A stretch of DNA of 64,000 nucleotides from an uncultured Verrucomicrobiae bacterium. GTDB taxonomy: Bacteria > Chlamydiota > Chlamydiia > Chlamydiales > Rhabdochlamydiaceae. The stretch covers positions 1 to 64,000 of the forward strand of contig CAWEXY010000022.1 of the NCBI GenBank assembly GCA_963813135.1, read 5' to 3'. The notes under the pieces are model-generated. The model was not told the origin of the DNA and made no database searches. It saw only the letters and a program-made list of their open reading frames with translations. Of the stretch, positions 62,740 through 64,000 are shown piece by piece. A program made the position numbers and the translations under genes. The stretch's first letter is position 1, and each line of letters opens with the position of its first letter.

Positions 62740-63861
62740 ATGAGTATTAATGTAATTGAAAGAGATACACGCCCTAAGACAGAGCCCGCCCAATCAGAAC
62801 AAAAATCTGTGGGGAACGGCGATGCCATGCAGCAGATGCTTGCCGCCACTTTAAAGGCGATGCATAGCTTGCTCAAACTCCAATCCAAGGAGATGCAGGG
62901 GCAATCGGCTATTTCAGAAATGTCGAGCAATGCGACCGATGCCATCCTCGCCGATTATAAAACGAAGATGGACGAGTACATGGAGACCAGAGATACCGAG
63001 CATTCAACCAATGAAGCTCTGAAATACCTGGGCTGGGCCCTCACGATAGCGAGCGTTGCGCTCGGATTTATTATCGGTGGACCTGGCGGTCTAGTCGTAG
63101 CGCTGACCCTGGCCGTCCTCCTCACGCCGGGATTGGCAAGCCCCTCGAAAAACGGGGATACGAGCCTCTTGGGCAGTCTGCTTGACAACGCTCTTGAAGG
63201 TATGGATGCCTCGCCGGCTACGAAAGGTTTAATTAAGCTGTCCGTGATCGCAGGGCTTTGCCTCTTTGCTGGCGGCGTGGGCGGAGCGGCCAACGCGGCT
63301 ACGAAAACAGCTGGTTCGGCGTTTACAGCCGGCCGCTTCCTGGCTGTCGAAGCGGGCGCGCAAGGACTCGCGAGCCTTAACCCGACTTCTGACTTTGCCA
63401 TGATAGGCGCCGATGAAAACGATCAGAACCGTAAACAGATCGCTCAGATTGCATCTTGGGTTGTCAACGGCATAGCGATGATCGCCACATTAGGCTTCGC
63501 CTGGAAATCAGGCGCCGCAGCTAAGCAGTCGTTCGAGATCTTCGGATCTTCGAATGCAGGAAGAGCTGTTACTTCGGCTGTGAACGGCTCGAACACCCTC
63601 TTAACAGCGGGCAAATCGGGAACAGAAATTTATGGCGGTACAGTCTCTCTTGATATCGCAGAGATTCAGAAAGGGCTCGCCTACATTGAGAGCACTTTGA
63701 CAAAACAACAAGGTACGACCGACATGGGACAGGAAAGCATGGCGCGGCGTTCGAAAGAATATAAAGGCATGGTCGATGAGATCACGAGCCAGGCCAATGG
63801 CTATACCACTTGGAATGACGGACTGTATGCAGCGGCCCGTGCGATGGCAAATGCGATTTAA
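62740..63861 (+). CDS. Putative T3SS major translocator (SctE/CopB-like)
   Basis: N-terminal coiled coil, Gly/Ala-rich hydrophobic hairpin (LGWALTIASVALGFIIGGPGGLVVALTLAVLL), second hydrophobic segment, C-terminal coiled coil; ATG 62740 follows GAGG. Confidence 0.6.
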   Translation: MSINVIERDTRPKTEPAQSEQKSVGNGDAMQQMLAATLKAMHSLLKLQSKEMQGQSAISEMSSNATDAILADYKTKMDEYMETRDTEHSTNEALKYLGWALTIASVALGFIIGGPGGLVVALTLAVLLTPGLASPSKNGDTSLLGSLLDNALEGMDASPATKGLIKLSVIAGLCLFAGGVGGAANAATKTAGSAFTAGRFLAVEAGAQGLASLNPTSDFAMIGADENDQNRKQIAQIASWVVNGIAMIATLGFAWKSGAAAKQSFEIFGSSNAGRAVTSAVNGSNTLLTAGKSGTEIYGGTVSLDIAEIQKGLAYIESTLTKQQGTTDMGQESMARRSKEYKGMVDEITSQANGYTTWNDGLYAAARAMANAI

Positions 63862-63890
63862 CAAAAGTTACAAATAAGGAGAATATTTAT

Positions 63891-64000
63891 ATGGGAAATC
63901 TACAATTCATACCTAGTTCGACAGCGGTGAACTTTCGAGCTTATTGCGATGCGATGAACGCAGCGCTCAAGATGGGGCTCGTTGAGCTGGACCAGCTCTG
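63891..64000 (+). CDS. Start of the next operon gene, partial
   Basis: AAGGAG RBS; MGNLQFIPSSTAVNFRAYCDAMNAALKMGLVELDQL is open to the window end. Confidence 0.6.
   Translation, partial: MGNLQFIPSSTAVNFRAYCDAMNAALKMGLVELDQL

Overview
The window looks like an environmental Chlamydiota chromosome. This is inferred from a CT017-like C-terminus, rmuC-pssA, an aas-like ligase, autotransporters, an F-box protein and a type III translocator-like cluster. Many genes are split by frameshifts, probably assembly indels. The left third (about 1.7-19 kb) is accessory DNA punctuated by at least four same-orientation, degenerate tRNA(CAT)-derived repeats. It holds a tandem pair of GH64 beta-1,3-glucanase genes (one lacking the catalytic residues) and a BBP7-type barrel, bracketed by a 58-bp direct repeat. 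It also holds an AT-rich candidate defence block (DUF2779 nuclease plus a degenerate MTase/TRD-Schlafen fusion), NfeD-flotillin and an XRE-ImmA/PIN pair. The middle has an MFS, an autotransporter, a Vat-like acetyltransferase, an M48 peptidase, cyoABCDE, a nitrilase, an ABC-F, a 2OG oxygenase and three copies of a non-autonomous IS200/IS605-like element. The right third has a type V secretion cluster, rmuC/pssA, an ACP-AMP ligase fusion and the start of a putative T3SS translocon operon. All family calls come from motif recognition by eye; no database searches were run.
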